A DNA stretch of 64,000 nt, taken from the NCBI GenBank assembly GCA_965225955.1, contig CBDDBX010000037.1, forward strand, positions 308-64,307. Direction: 5' to 3'. The first letter of the stretch is position 1. Every line of letters begins with the position of its first letter. Both the position numbers and the translations under genes were made by a program. Source of the DNA: Candidatus Aminicenantia bacterium. GTDB lineage: Bacteria; Acidobacteriota; Aminicenantia; UBA2199. Shown one piece after another: positions 1-9,864 of this stretch. Below the pieces are notes generated by a model. It ran no database searches. It worked only from the letters and a program-made list of their open reading frames with translations, and was not told the origin of the DNA.

Positions 1-1
1 C

Positions 2-274
2 GGGGTATATAGTAAAGTGTTAAAGAGACTGGTACTTTCTGGCGTTGCAGTACCGGAATCTGTTATGGGTGATGATTCAATCGGGGTAAAAAGGGATATC
101 TCCGGCTTTGAAAAGAAAAGAAGGGAGCTGATAACTCTGTTAGAGAACTTTTCAGCAACCGATAGTCCGGTAGAATATCCTTCTCACCCTAAACTGGGGA
201 GAATGACTTATCGTGAATGGGGTAGATTAACCTACCTCTTTCTTGATCACAATCTGAAATCTGTTGGAGTGTAG
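2..274 (+). CDS. DinB-superfamily / DUF1569-like protein, 3' part (runs off the window start)
   Basis: Frame is open from base 2. The C-terminus HPKLGRMTYREWGRLTYLFLDHNL resembles the HPxFGxLTxxEW...H(L)DHH motif. Confidence 0.6.
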   Translation, partial: GVYSKVLKRLVLSGVAVPESVMGDDSIGVKRDISGFEKKRRELITLLENFSATDSPVEYPSHPKLGRMTYREWGRLTYLFLDHNLKSVGV

Positions 275-290
275 ATTTAATTTCAACTAT

Positions 291-563
291 CACTGACACG
301 CACGGACGAAACCAGACGAGCACGGACAAACACCCTTCGGTAAACTCATGATTAAAGCTGAAAGAGAATTGATCGCTGTTAAAAACCAAAGAACTTAACG
401 CGAATGCACGCGAAGGAAAGAGGTTTTAGGCATTTTATACAAACATTGGTGTGATTTCTTAAAAGCTACGCCGGACAGACACAGACGGTCAACGACAGAT
501 ATTGTATAGCAATCCGAAGGCGGAGGCTGGTTAATTAGCGTCTATTAGTGTCCATTGGTGGTT
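291..563. repeat. Cluster of short degenerate intergenic repeats (CACGGACAAACAC, AACGCGAATGCACGCGAA and GCTACGCC...CGAAGGC types)
   Basis: Related units recur at about 19702-19720, 24398-24440, 30362-30400 and 41026-41098. Confidence 0.6.
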
Positions 564-579
564 ACTGAATAATCTTTTC

Positions 580-608
580 TTGACATGGAGAGGGCTTTGA
601 AATAGAAT
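580..608 (+). promoter_or_regulatory. Sigma70 promoter of the cobalamin operon
   Basis: TTGACA-17bp-TAGAAT immediately upstream of the first riboswitch. Confidence 0.75.
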
Positions 609-623
609 GACGTCTTAAAAATA

Positions 624-735
624 CGTTTCTGCAGAGGAAATTCCTGTTTGATTCAGGATGCTGCCCCGCAACGGTAATGCTGAAAAGCGAGCCCGGTCGA
701 CTGCTTTAACGGTAAGTATCTTCGGAGGAGGAGAA
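624..735 (+). ncRNA. Cobalamin riboswitch, short form without the P6 extension
   Basis: GCAG-AGGAAA, TCCTG/CAGGA hairpin, CTGCCCCGCAACGGTAA, GAGCCCGG..GACTGC, and a downstream CGGAGG able to form a kissing loop. Confidence 0.75.
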
Positions 736-736
736 A

Positions 737-853
737 GTGTCTGAAAAACAGTCTTTATATTTCAACTATTCAGCTAAACTACAATTCACCTACTCAGATA
801 AAGTCAGAATTTTTCTGTCTGGAAAAACTACGCTTTGTCTCTCCTTTCATTGA
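737..853 (+). CDS. Putative 38-aa leader ORF between the two riboswitches
   Basis: GTG start just after GGAGGAGGAG; translates as MSEKQSLYFNYSAKLQFTYSDKVRIFLSGKTTLCLSFH*. Confidence 0.35.
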   Translation: MSEKQSLYFNYSAKLQFTYSDKVRIFLSGKTTLCLSFH

Positions 854-879
854 TACCGGAAAATAATTTAGTTCTTTGT

Positions 880-1065
880 ACATTCTGATATAAGGGAAGA
901 GGGTTCAAAACCCCACAGCCCCCGTTGCCGTGACCGTTACTCTTAAAAAGAGTTTGAAAAATCGCCACTGCTCTGAAAATGAGTGGGAAGGCTTTCAGTA
1001 AAACGGGAGTCGGAAGACCTGTCAGATGTATCAATAGATGAAGAGCTGCGGAGGGCGGTCTCTTC
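880..1065 (+). ncRNA. Cobalamin (AdoCbl class I) riboswitch
   Basis: AAGGGAA, GGTTCAAAACC, CAGCCCCCG, GCCACTG..GGGAAGGC, GAGTCGGAAGACCTGTC, and a P13 hairpin GAAGAG-(GCGGAGGG)-CTCTTC. Confidence 0.92.
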
Positions 1066-1121
1066 GTTAAGAGTTGTTAACCAGCTCATTTACCCTCCGT
1101 TTAAAAAAAGGAGAAAGTTGT

Positions 1122-3182
1122 ATGTTTAAATTGTCAACGGTGTTAATGGTTCTTCTGCTTCTGCAGGGGATAGTTTATGGGGAGAATATCAGGGGGAAAG
1201 TGTATGATAAAGAGACAACACAGCCTGTAAAAAATGCTGTAATAGCTATTAAGAACACTTTTTATAAAGGGTTCAGCAAGAAAGATGGCAGTTTCTTTAT
1301 TGATAAGGTAAAACCAGGGAATTATACAATCAAAGTTACACGTAGTGGCCTTGTACCTGAAACAATGGAAATTACTGTTGAAGAAGGAAAAGATCTTATT
1401 GTGGATTTTCCAATGCTTGAAGATCGCCTCTTCCAGCATGAAGTAATCGTTTCGGCCACAAAAACCAACCACACTGTAGGTGACGTTCCTGTATCATCTG
1501 AAGTTGTAACAAGTGGTGAAATTGAGCAGAGAAATATTACAGATATTCAGGATCTATTCACCGATGTTCCCGGTGTTAACATCAGAAGATCTCCAAACTC
1601 ATGGGGAAACAGAGGAACAATCAGTATTCAGGGACTTGATCCCCAGCATACTCTGGTTCTGGTAAATGGTCAGAAATATGTTGGTGGGCTCGGTGGTACC
1701 GATGTATCAGCTATTCCAGTTAATCTTATTGAAAAGGTTGAAGTTGTTAAAGGCCCTGCATCAGTACTTTATGGAAGTGATGCAATGGGTGGTGTTGTAA
1801 ATATTATCACAAAATCCCCTTTCAATTACGGTTCATCATTAACTGGAGGTTACAGCTATGGTAGCGATGATAACAGAGTTTTAACTCTTTCAGGTAACTA
1901 CAATAAACAGGCCCTTGCTGCATCTTTCAGCTTTACCAGCAAACATGCAGATGGTTTCAGAGAAGGAATGGATGATGTCGACGAGTATGCTATTGGTGGT
2001 GACATTAACTACAAGTTTAATCCATTCCTTACAGCAGCAGTTCACACAAACTTCCAGAAACAGGAATTCATAAAAGACGAAAGAGATCAGAAAAGATTTA
2101 AAATTTCATCAGATCTTAAATGGTCAGATAATGAAGGCTCATCTCTGTTACTGAAAACTGCATACTTCAGATATAGAAACAAAAGAAGCGGCAAAAAAAC
2201 CAGTGACTGGAAGGACCATACTATAGAAGCGGAAGTGACCGGCTCACACCTCATGGGTAAACATCTGCTTACCGGAGGTTACAGAATAAACTTCGATAAA
2301 AGAGATGATGCTGGCAAGAAATTTGAAGCAGATCAGACTATGCACAGCTTCTACCTTCAGGATGAGATTACTTTAGGTTCATTCACCTTTGTTCCTGGTG
2401 TCAGACTTGATAAGCATGACAGATGGGGTAGCGAGTTCAATCCAAAACTTAATGTAATGTATCGCTTAAATGATATTGTAAGATTCAGAGGTTCTGTGGG
2501 CCGTGCGTTCAGATCTCCTACTCTTGTAAGTCTCTATGCTCCTGAATGGAAGATGGGAAGATCAACAATTGTTAACTCAAACCCCAATCTGAAACCCGAA
2601 ACTTCTGTTGGTTACCAGCTGGGTATGGAGATGAATCTGACAACCAACGTTAAAGCCGGAGTATCAGTTTTCAAAAACGATATTGAGAACCTCATCACCA
2701 CAGTTAATGAAGTAATTCCCGGTGGTATGAAGAAGATGACTTATGAAAATGTAGCAGAAGCTATGACAAAAGGACTGGAAGTATCACTTAAAGCAGGAAT
2801 TACAAGAAACCTTTCATTCAACGGTTCATGGACCTGGCTTGATGGAGAGGATAAAACAAAAGATAAACCTCTCTACAACAGGCCAACTCACTACATCGTT
2901 TCAGGGATAAGTTTCGATATTCCTTCAGCAGATATTAATATTACTCTCAACTCAAGATATGTAGGTAAGAGATGGGCAGTTAAATCAATAAGCATGAGAA
3001 AGAAAATCGATGTTGAACTTGATCCATATGTAACTGCTGATCTGGCAATATCAAAAAAACTCTTTGATGTATGCAGAGCATGGATCAGAGTTGAGAACAT
3101 TCTCGATAAAAAAGATATTATGGATGAATACTCCTTTGATGGAGTAAAAATCTATGGAGGAGTGGAGTTTACTATTAAATAA
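1122..3182 (+). CDS. TonB-dependent receptor (BtuB/HmuR-like) with N-terminal carboxypeptidase-regulatory-like domain
   Basis: Signal peptide; plug motif IEKVEVVKGPASVLYGSDAMGGVVNIIT; NPNLKPE; ATG 1122 after AGGAGA; under B12 riboswitches. Confidence 0.9.
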   Translation: MFKLSTVLMVLLLLQGIVYGENIRGKVYDKETTQPVKNAVIAIKNTFYKGFSKKDGSFFIDKVKPGNYTIKVTRSGLVPETMEITVEEGKDLIVDFPMLEDRLFQHEVIVSATKTNHTVGDVPVSSEVVTSGEIEQRNITDIQDLFTDVPGVNIRRSPNSWGNRGTISIQGLDPQHTLVLVNGQKYVGGLGGTDVSAIPVNLIEKVEVVKGPASVLYGSDAMGGVVNIITKSPFNYGSSLTGGYSYGSDDNRVLTLSGNYNKQALAASFSFTSKHADGFREGMDDVDEYAIGGDINYKFNPFLTAAVHTNFQKQEFIKDERDQKRFKISSDLKWSDNEGSSLLLKTAYFRYRNKRSGKKTSDWKDHTIEAEVTGSHLMGKHLLTGGYRINFDKRDDAGKKFEADQTMHSFYLQDEITLGSFTFVPGVRLDKHDRWGSEFNPKLNVMYRLNDIVRFRGSVGRAFRSPTLVSLYAPEWKMGRSTIVNSNPNLKPETSVGYQLGMEMNLTTNVKAGVSVFKNDIENLITTVNEVIPGGMKKMTYENVAEAMTKGLEVSLKAGITRNLSFNGSWTWLDGEDKTKDKPLYNRPTHYIVSGISFDIPSADINITLNSRYVGKRWAVKSISMRKKIDVELDPYVTADLAISKKLFDVCRAWIRVENILDKKDIMDEYSFDGVKIYGGVEFTIK

Positions 3183-3193
3183 CTTAATTTCCG

Positions 3194-3898
3194 ATGTTTG
3201 AAATATTATTACTTATTTTTGTAATAACAGCTGTTTTTGAACTGGTAAACCTCTCTTTCCGGCAGGAGAGGGGTTACCTCTTCTTTTTTGTTGTTGTCCT
3301 TGCTGCAGGGTTAATGCTTGCATACCCTGCAGCAACAACAGTAAATCTGAAAGATCTTCTCAGGGTAACAGAAAGAGATAATCTGTTTGCTTCAATAACT
3401 CTTGTTCTTATAGCTGAATCCTTTATACACCTGCTTTTGTCGGGGCAGTACGCTGTAAAAGAAGCGGGATTGCGTAAAGAGCAGAATAAGAGTCGGTTTT
3501 TAATGTATATTCCTTCACCTCTGTTCCTTACGGGGCTCTTCTTTTGTCAGATAGTTCTGTTCAATCAGGTGGAAGGCATCTCTTTTGGCTGGCTCGCAAC
3601 GATTATGGTCTCAGGAATTGCAATAACTCTTTTTCTGGTGCCTCTTATTTTAAGGAAACTTATCAGTAGCACAGAAAGGCTGTTGTTGAGGTTCAGACTG
3701 GGCCTTATAAGAGTAATTACTGCGCTGGCTCTTCCCCTTGTTGCTGTAGGAGCAAAACCTGCAGGAACAAATCTGGAGTTCAATTCCATAGATCTTGGGC
3801 TGCTTCTTGGAGTTCTGCTGATCTGTGGTGGAACTGGTTATTTTATGGAACCGGTATTTCTGTATTTTAAAAAGTATTTAAGGAAAAAAAATGGGTAA
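3194..3898 (+). CDS. Polytopic membrane protein, HmuT/BtuT-like
   Basis: About 7 hydrophobic segments; sits before ExbB-like, DUF2149 and CobN-like genes as in hmu/btu loci. Confidence 0.6.
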   Translation: MFEILLLIFVITAVFELVNLSFRQERGYLFFFVVVLAAGLMLAYPAATTVNLKDLLRVTERDNLFASITLVLIAESFIHLLLSGQYAVKEAGLRKEQNKSRFLMYIPSPLFLTGLFFCQIVLFNQVEGISFGWLATIMVSGIAITLFLVPLILRKLISSTERLLLRFRLGLIRVITALALPLVAVGAKPAGTNLEFNSIDLGLLLGVLLICGGTGYFMEPVFLYFKKYLRKKNG

Positions 3899-4487
3899 TC
3901 TAACAAATATTCTATTTCATATATCTTCCGGGCTACTTATTCCTGTAGTTGTTCTGTTAATAGTATTTTTTGCTCTATCAATCTTTCATCTTGGTAACTA
4001 CTATGACCTCTATATAAAAAGAAGAAAGTTCCGTCGTTCTCTGGAAACCATGAGAGAGAATAGTCCATGGGATTGTGAAGATCCCGATTTCACTGTTCTG
4101 GAAGGGAATCTTATGTTTTTGGAATCCCTTGAAAACATGAAAAGCAGAGGCTTCTCCTCTGTTGAGAGTGGCCGGATAATTGCGGATTACAGTTTTAAAA
4201 CAGACAGAAAACTCAATATCGGTCGCATTCTCATGAGAACAGGTCCGATGCTGGGACTTATGGGTACTCTTATACCAATGGGGCCGGCTCTTACGGGCCT
4301 TGCCGCTGGTGATATCAACTCAATGGCTGTAAATATGCAGGTAGCTTTTGCAACAACTGTAACCGGCATATTTGTTGGTGGAGCAGGTTATGTGCTGACC
4401 CTTGTAAAGCAGAGGTGGCGTACAGAAGACATCACAGCGCTGGAGTATATTTACGATAAGATGACAGAGGGGCAGGGAGATAATTAA
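3891..4487 (+). CDS. MotA/TolQ/ExbB proton-channel family protein (HmuU-like)
   Basis: GPMLGLMGTLIPMGPAL and AFATTVTG motifs. Confidence 0.9.
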   Translation: MGNLTNILFHISSGLLIPVVVLLIVFFALSIFHLGNYYDLYIKRRKFRRSLETMRENSPWDCEDPDFTVLEGNLMFLESLENMKSRGFSSVESGRIIADYSFKTDRKLNIGRILMRTGPMLGLMGTLIPMGPALTGLAAGDINSMAVNMQVAFATTVTGIFVGGAGYVLTLVKQRWRTEDITALEYIYDKMTEGQGDN

Positions 4488-4828
4488 TGGCTCTTAAGAA
4501 GTATTACCGGAATGATTCTGTCGAAGATGATGATCCGATGAGTGGAATGGCCAACCTCTTTGACCTGGCAATGGTTTTTGCTGTTGCGCTGATGGTTGCT
4601 ATGGTCTCCTTTTTCAGAATGAACGATTTTTTAACTAAAGAGAATGTTACGGTTGTTAAGGACCCTGGTAAGAAGAGTATGGAAATAATCGTAAAAAAAG
4701 GGAAAAAAATAGAAAAGTACAAAGGGTCTGATAAGAAGGGAAGTGGAAAAGGTCAGAAGGTAGGAACTGCTTACAGACTGGAGAGCGGAGAGATAATCTA
4801 CATTCCCGAAGGTGAAGAAAATGAGTAG
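4487..4828 (+). CDS. DUF2149 protein (HmuV/ExbD-like)
   Basis: DPMSGMANLFDLAMVFAVAL and C-terminal GTAYRLESGEIIYIPE. Confidence 0.9.
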   Translation: MALKKYYRNDSVEDDDPMSGMANLFDLAMVFAVALMVAMVSFFRMNDFLTKENVTVVKDPGKKSMEIIVKKGKKIEKYKGSDKKGSGKGQKVGTAYRLESGEIIYIPEGEENE

Positions 4829-7800
4829 AAAAATGGTTGCCCTCATTGCATTGGTTTGTATTATTGCAGGAGGATATTTTATATATGAAAAGTGGTTTGG
4901 TAAGACAGTTATAACTCTTATCAATTTCAGGGACTTCCAGTATGCAGAGTTAAAAGAGGTAGTAAAAGACCTCAATGTAGAGTTAAAAAGAGTTAAGTTC
5001 GATAAAGATAATCTCATATCCCTTACAGATGAGAGTATTGTTTTTTTGCGCTGTATGGGATTGCGGGTTGTGCCGGAGATGAAAAAACTCCTTAAAGAGG
5101 CATCAGATTCAGGGGTAAAAATCACAACCTTTTCACCAGGTTCTAATGTTGCTGATATTCCAAATATTGGAGATGAAGCAGCTAATAAACTCAGATTGTA
5201 TAAAACAAACGGAGGAAAGAGGAATCTGAAGAACCTCTTTCTCTATACACGAAAAAATATAGATAAGAAAATTGTTAATGATAATATAGATGAGCCGGAA
5301 GATATTCCGGGGGATCAGTTCTTTTACCTGGGAGACCAGGAGTATTTCAACTCATATAAAGAGTATCTTGAGTTCTACAAAAAGAGAGGACTCTATAAAA
5401 AGGGTGCTCCAAAAGTAGCACTCTTCTCAACAATTATTGGTCCCAGAACAATAAAAAGAGGCCATGTGGACGAAATGATAAAGGGGCTTGAGAAGAAAGG
5501 GTTCAATGTTTTTCCTGTATGTGCATGGAAAAAGAGGTTTGAATTTCTTAAAGAGATTGAACCTGATGTGGCTGTAGTAATGGCCTTTTTCAGATTCACC
5601 TCTGAGCAGAAAAAACTGATTAAATATCTTAAAGATAAAAAAATCCCCATGTTATGCCCTGTTATGGTGCATGAACCTGTTGAGAAGTGGATGAAATCCC
5701 AGAACGGCATTATGGGTGGAATGCTTACTCACTCAATTGTAACACCGGAAACTGATGGGGGCATAGAGCCAATGGCTTTTGCTGCTCAGTTTAAAAACGA
5801 AGAAGGACTATATCTTTACGGGGCTCTGAAAAAGCGGATAAAAAGAATCTGTACAAGAGTAGAGAACTGGATAAAACTTAAGAGAAAAGCCAACAGTAAG
5901 AAGAAAATAGCAATTGTATACTATAAAGGCCCCGGAAAGAATGCTATGGTGGCAGGGGGAATGGAGGTTGTTCCTTCTCTCTACAAACTTCTTAAAGAGT
6001 TAAAAAAGAGAGGATACAATACCGGAATACTACCGGAAGATGAGCAGGCCTTTTACGAGATAATTCAGCAGAAAGGCCCTGTAATTGGCTCATATGCAGA
6101 AGGCAGTATGGCTGAATATATGAAAAACGGTGATCCCCACCTTCTGCCTGTTCAGGAGTATAACAACTGGCTCGATAAAGACCTTGAGCTGGATTTAAAA
6201 GCAGAACTTATAAAACAGCAGGGGGCTCCTCCGGGAAACTACATGGGAGTAGTAAGAGGAGAGAAGAGGTATCTTGCAATTACAAGGGTGAAGTTTGGTA
6301 ATATTACCCTTCTGCCCCAGCCTATGCCAGGTGGAGGTAAAGATACTTCAAAACTGGTTCACGGAGTAAAAAAAGCGCCCTCACACAACTATATAGCAGC
6401 CTATTTATGGATAAAAAATGGCCTTAAAGCAGATGCTCTTATGCATTTTGGTACCCACGGTTCTCTGGAGTTTACTCCCTGGAAGCAGGTAGCCCTATCA
6501 GATTACGACTGGCCGGATCTGCTTATTGGGGATATTCCACACCCTTATCTCTACATTATAAACAATATCGGTGAAGCGGTACTTGCTAAAAGAAGAACTG
6601 CAGCTGTACTGGTATCCCATCTTACTCCTCCATTTACAGAAAGTGACCTCTATGGAGACCTTGCAAAACTTGATGATAAGGTACATGCATGGATGGAAGC
6701 AGGAGATCCTCTTCTTAAGAGAAGTATTGAAAATAAGATCCGTACAATGGTTAAGGCCATGGATATGAATAAAGATCTTCAGATAAAAGATGAAGATATG
6801 AGAGGAAACGAATTCATAGAAAGAGTTCATGACTATCTGCATAAACTTGAAAGTGCAAAGATAACCCAGGGTCTTTATACAGTTGGTAAAGGTTACTCTT
6901 CAAAAGATCTTGAAGATACCGCCAGATTAATGGTTATTGACCCTCTGTCAGTCTCAATAGCCCGTCTCAGAATAGCTAAAGGTCTGGAAAGAGCAACTGT
7001 CTTTGATAATCCCCACAACTTTAGTGAGAAGTACAGAAAGCCTGCAGAAAAGATGATTGAAAAAATGATCTCAGGTGAAAAAAGTGCTGAAGAGTACATA
7101 TCAAAAGAGGATATGGAAAGGGTAAAGAGATACGATATGTATCTTGAGAATAAGAGAAAAAAGAAGAAACGTATGATGTCCATGATGATGTCCGGTGCAA
7201 AACCCGGGGGAATGATGGGTATGATGTCTTCAATGATGAAAGGCCCTCCGCCGGGAATTATTACCGAAGCAGTTGTTGCAGATCTGAAGCTATGTCTCAA
7301 TCCTGAAACTCTTAAAGCAGAACTTAAGGGTTCAGGATACGAGAGAGTTGCTGAACTCAGCCGCAGAGCATCTCTGTTCAAAAGGTTTGGAAAGATGAAA
7401 GGTGGAAAAGGCACTGACAAGTGGAGCACTATCTTTTTTGAACTGCTGGGTAAAAAAGGAAACAGTGGATTACTTAAAAAATCTGAAGATTTAATAAAAG
7501 TTGCAGAGAAGAGAGCCCTTGGGAAAGAGAAAGAGTATGTGTCTCTTGTGAAAGGTGTGTATGACAACCTTAAAGCTGTTAACATCTATAGAGGATATCT
7601 GAAAGAGTCACCAGTCAGGGAAATTGAAGCTATGGCAACAGTGCTGGAAGGAGGTTATATTGAGCCCTCTCCCGGAGCTGATCCTATAAAGAATCCCCGT
7701 TCAATACCTACAGGTCGTAATCTCTATGCAATAGATGCTGAAGCAACTCCAACTGAAGAGGCCTGGGAAACCGGGAAGATGCTGGCTGATAAGATTATTG

Positions 7801-9197
7801 CTGCATCAATAAAGGACAAGGGAGAGGCTCCCAAAAAAGTAGCATTTACTCTGTGGGGTGGAGAGTTTATCAGGGATAAAGGTACTACTATAGCTGAAAT
7901 CTTATGGATGCTTGGGGTTGAGCCGGTTAGAGACAGAAGAGGTCGGGTATTTGATGTAAAACTGGTTCCCTCTGAGAAGCTCAAAAGAGCCAGAATAGAT
8001 GTACTTGTCCAGACTTCAGGGCAGTTCCGTGATGTTGCTGCATCAAGAATTGATCTTATAAACAAAGCTGTGAGGCTTGCTGCAGAGAGCAGGGATGAGG
8101 GTTATACAAATAATGTGTGGCAGGGAAGCCTTAATGCTGAAGCAGTAATGAAAAAACGGGGAATAACTCCTGAGAAAGCCAGATATTTTGCAACAGCCAG
8201 AGTTTTTGGCGGTATTAATGGGAATTACGGCACCAATATTATGGACAAAGTTGAGGCTTCGGATACCTGGGAAAAGGATAGTAAAATCGCAAAACAGTAT
8301 ATGAAAAATATGGGGGCAGTATATATGAAAGACAGCTGGTCAGAGTTTTTGCCGGGAATGTTTGAAGCTGCTGTCCAGAATACAGATACAGTGATACAGC
8401 CAAGATCATCAAATCAGTATGGACCTCTTACTCTTGATCACTACTACGAATTTATGGGTGGAATCTGTGCAACAGTAAGAACTGTTACAGGTAAAGATCC
8501 TGCAGCATATTTCAGTGACCTCAGAAATAACAGTAGTGTAAGAATTGAAAGCCTTAAGGATGCTGTCTGGACTGAAGCCAGAACAACTCTCTTTAACCCA
8601 CGCTACATAAAAGCTCTCATCAGAGGGGGAGCTTCATCAGCTGAGAAGTTTGCTGAAACCTTCAGAAACACCTTTGCCTGGAATGCCCTTAAACCTGCAG
8701 ATATCGATTCAGAAATATGGGATGAGATTAACAGAGTCTATATAGATGATAAACATAAACTTGAATTGAAGAAATTTTTCAAAAGAGAGAACCCCTATGC
8801 TCTTCAGGAGATGACATCAGTAATGCTGGAAACTGCAAGGAAAGGATACTGGAAGCCTTCAAAAGAGGTACTTGTTAAAATTGCCAACCTCCATGTTGCC
8901 CTTGTTAAAGAGTTTAAAGCCGGTTGCAGTGGCTTTGTCTGTAACAACAGCAAGGTAAGGGATATGGTTGCAGAACTTGTGGATAGTAAGGAGCTGAAAG
9001 ATTATCGTAAATCCATTGATGAAGCCCGGGTAAAGAAAGCAGATAGTAGGGAAAAAGAGGGTATGAAACTTGAAAAAGAGAAGAAACCTGGAGAGGAACC
9101 TCTGATTAAGATCGATTCCCGCATGGTTATAATTATTGTCTCTGTACTACTTGCAGCACTTATCCTTATGGGGTTAATAAGAAAGAAAAGAGACTGA
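4821..9197 (+). CDS. CobN/Mg-chelatase-family protein, membrane anchored (HmuS/BtuS-like)
   Basis: HFGTHGSLEF, PTGRNLY, TSGQFRD and LDHYYEFMGG motifs; N- and C-terminal TM helices; Met-rich insert. Confidence 0.9.
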   Translation: MSRKMVALIALVCIIAGGYFIYEKWFGKTVITLINFRDFQYAELKEVVKDLNVELKRVKFDKDNLISLTDESIVFLRCMGLRVVPEMKKLLKEASDSGVKITTFSPGSNVADIPNIGDEAANKLRLYKTNGGKRNLKNLFLYTRKNIDKKIVNDNIDEPEDIPGDQFFYLGDQEYFNSYKEYLEFYKKRGLYKKGAPKVALFSTIIGPRTIKRGHVDEMIKGLEKKGFNVFPVCAWKKRFEFLKEIEPDVAVVMAFFRFTSEQKKLIKYLKDKKIPMLCPVMVHEPVEKWMKSQNGIMGGMLTHSIVTPETDGGIEPMAFAAQFKNEEGLYLYGALKKRIKRICTRVENWIKLKRKANSKKKIAIVYYKGPGKNAMVAGGMEVVPSLYKLLKELKKRGYNTGILPEDEQAFYEIIQQKGPVIGSYAEGSMAEYMKNGDPHLLPVQEYNNWLDKDLELDLKAELIKQQGAPPGNYMGVVRGEKRYLAITRVKFGNITLLPQPMPGGGKDTSKLVHGVKKAPSHNYIAAYLWIKNGLKADALMHFGTHGSLEFTPWKQVALSDYDWPDLLIGDIPHPYLYIINNIGEAVLAKRRTAAVLVSHLTPPFTESDLYGDLAKLDDKVHAWMEAGDPLLKRSIENKIRTMVKAMDMNKDLQIKDEDMRGNEFIERVHDYLHKLESAKITQGLYTVGKGYSSKDLEDTARLMVIDPLSVSIARLRIAKGLERATVFDNPHNFSEKYRKPAEKMIEKMISGEKSAEEYISKEDMERVKRYDMYLENKRKKKKRMMSMMMSGAKPGGMMGMMSSMMKGPPPGIITEAVVADLKLCLNPETLKAELKGSGYERVAELSRRASLFKRFGKMKGGKGTDKWSTIFFELLGKKGNSGLLKKSEDLIKVAEKRALGKEKEYVSLVKGVYDNLKAVNIYRGYLKESPVREIEAMATVLEGGYIEPSPGADPIKNPRSIPTGRNLYAIDAEATPTEEAWETGKMLADKIIAASIKDKGEAPKKVAFTLWGGEFIRDKGTTIAEILWMLGVEPVRDRRGRVFDVKLVPSEKLKRARIDVLVQTSGQFRDVAASRIDLINKAVRLAAESRDEGYTNNVWQGSLNAEAVMKKRGITPEKARYFATARVFGGINGNYGTNIMDKVEASDTWEKDSKIAKQYMKNMGAVYMKDSWSEFLPGMFEAAVQNTDTVIQPRSSNQYGPLTLDHYYEFMGGICATVRTVTGKDPAAYFSDLRNNSSVRIESLKDAVWTEARTTLFNPRYIKALIRGGASSAEKFAETFRNTFAWNALKPADIDSEIWDEINRVYIDDKHKLELKKFFKRENPYALQEMTSVMLETARKGYWKPSKEVLVKIANLHVALVKEFKAGCSGFVCNNSKVRDMVAELVDSKELKDYRKSIDEARVKKADSREKEGMKLEKEKKPGEEPLIKIDSRMVIIIVSVLLAALILMGLIRKKRD

Positions 9198-9231
9198 TAT
9201 GTGATCTATTTAAAAAGATACAGGAGAACTT

Positions 9232-9864
9232 ATGGAATATATAAAGAAGCCCTTTGGCATTGAAGACCGCAGTATGGAAATTATAAGTGAAGAGCTGGGA
9301 GATCGCAGTTTCCCCGGTTTAACTGAGACAGTTGTTAAGAGAGTAATACATACTACTGCGGACTTTGAATATGCAGATCTTCTGGAGTTCTTCAATAATC
9401 CTGTAGAAGCCGGAATAGAGGCTATTAAGAAAGGTGCTCCTGTTGTTACAGATACAAATATGATCAGAGCAGGTTTAAATAAGAAGCTTCTGGGTAATCT
9501 GAACTGCTCAGTTAACTGCTTTATGGCTGATGAAGATGTTGCGCTGAAAGCAAAGGAGCTGGGGGTTACCAGAGCTATGGTTTCAATGGAGAAAGCAGCT
9601 CAGGAAAATCTGAATGGGATCTTTCTTGTAGGTAATGCTCCAACTGCTCTCTTCAGAATCTCTGAACTCATGAAAGAGGGAAAGCTTAAACCACAACTCA
9701 TAGTTGCTGTGCCTGTAGGCTTTGTCGGAGCTGCTGAATCAAAAGATATGGCTGCTGAACTGGATGTACCGGTTATTATCACCCGTGGTCGTAAAGGAGG
9801 CAGTACTGTTGCTGTTTCCATTATGAATGCAATTACCTATATGGTTAAGGAAAGGGAGAGATGA
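9232..9864 (+). CDS. cbiC: Cobalt-precorrin-8 methylmutase
   Basis: RVIHTTADF, GNAPTAL, PVGFVGAAESK and GRKGGS motifs. Confidence 0.95.
   Translation: MEYIKKPFGIEDRSMEIISEELGDRSFPGLTETVVKRVIHTTADFEYADLLEFFNNPVEAGIEAIKKGAPVVTDTNMIRAGLNKKLLGNLNCSVNCFMADEDVALKAKELGVTRAMVSMEKAAQENLNGIFLVGNAPTALFRISELMKEGKLKPQLIVAVPVGFVGAAESKDMAAELDVPVIITRGRKGGSTVAVSIMNAITYMVKERER

Noticed and set aside
6893-7585. 230-aa antisense ORF and the many other opposite-strand ORFs (e.g. 10061-10678, 16549-17094)
   Set aside because: They are shadows of well-supported genes and show no motifs of their own.
4821-9197. Aerobic cobaltochelatase CobN of the CobNST pathway
   Set aside because: It has TM anchors and a Met-rich insert, has hmuTUV-like neighbours, lacks cobS/T, and sits with anaerobic cbiD/G/K genes.
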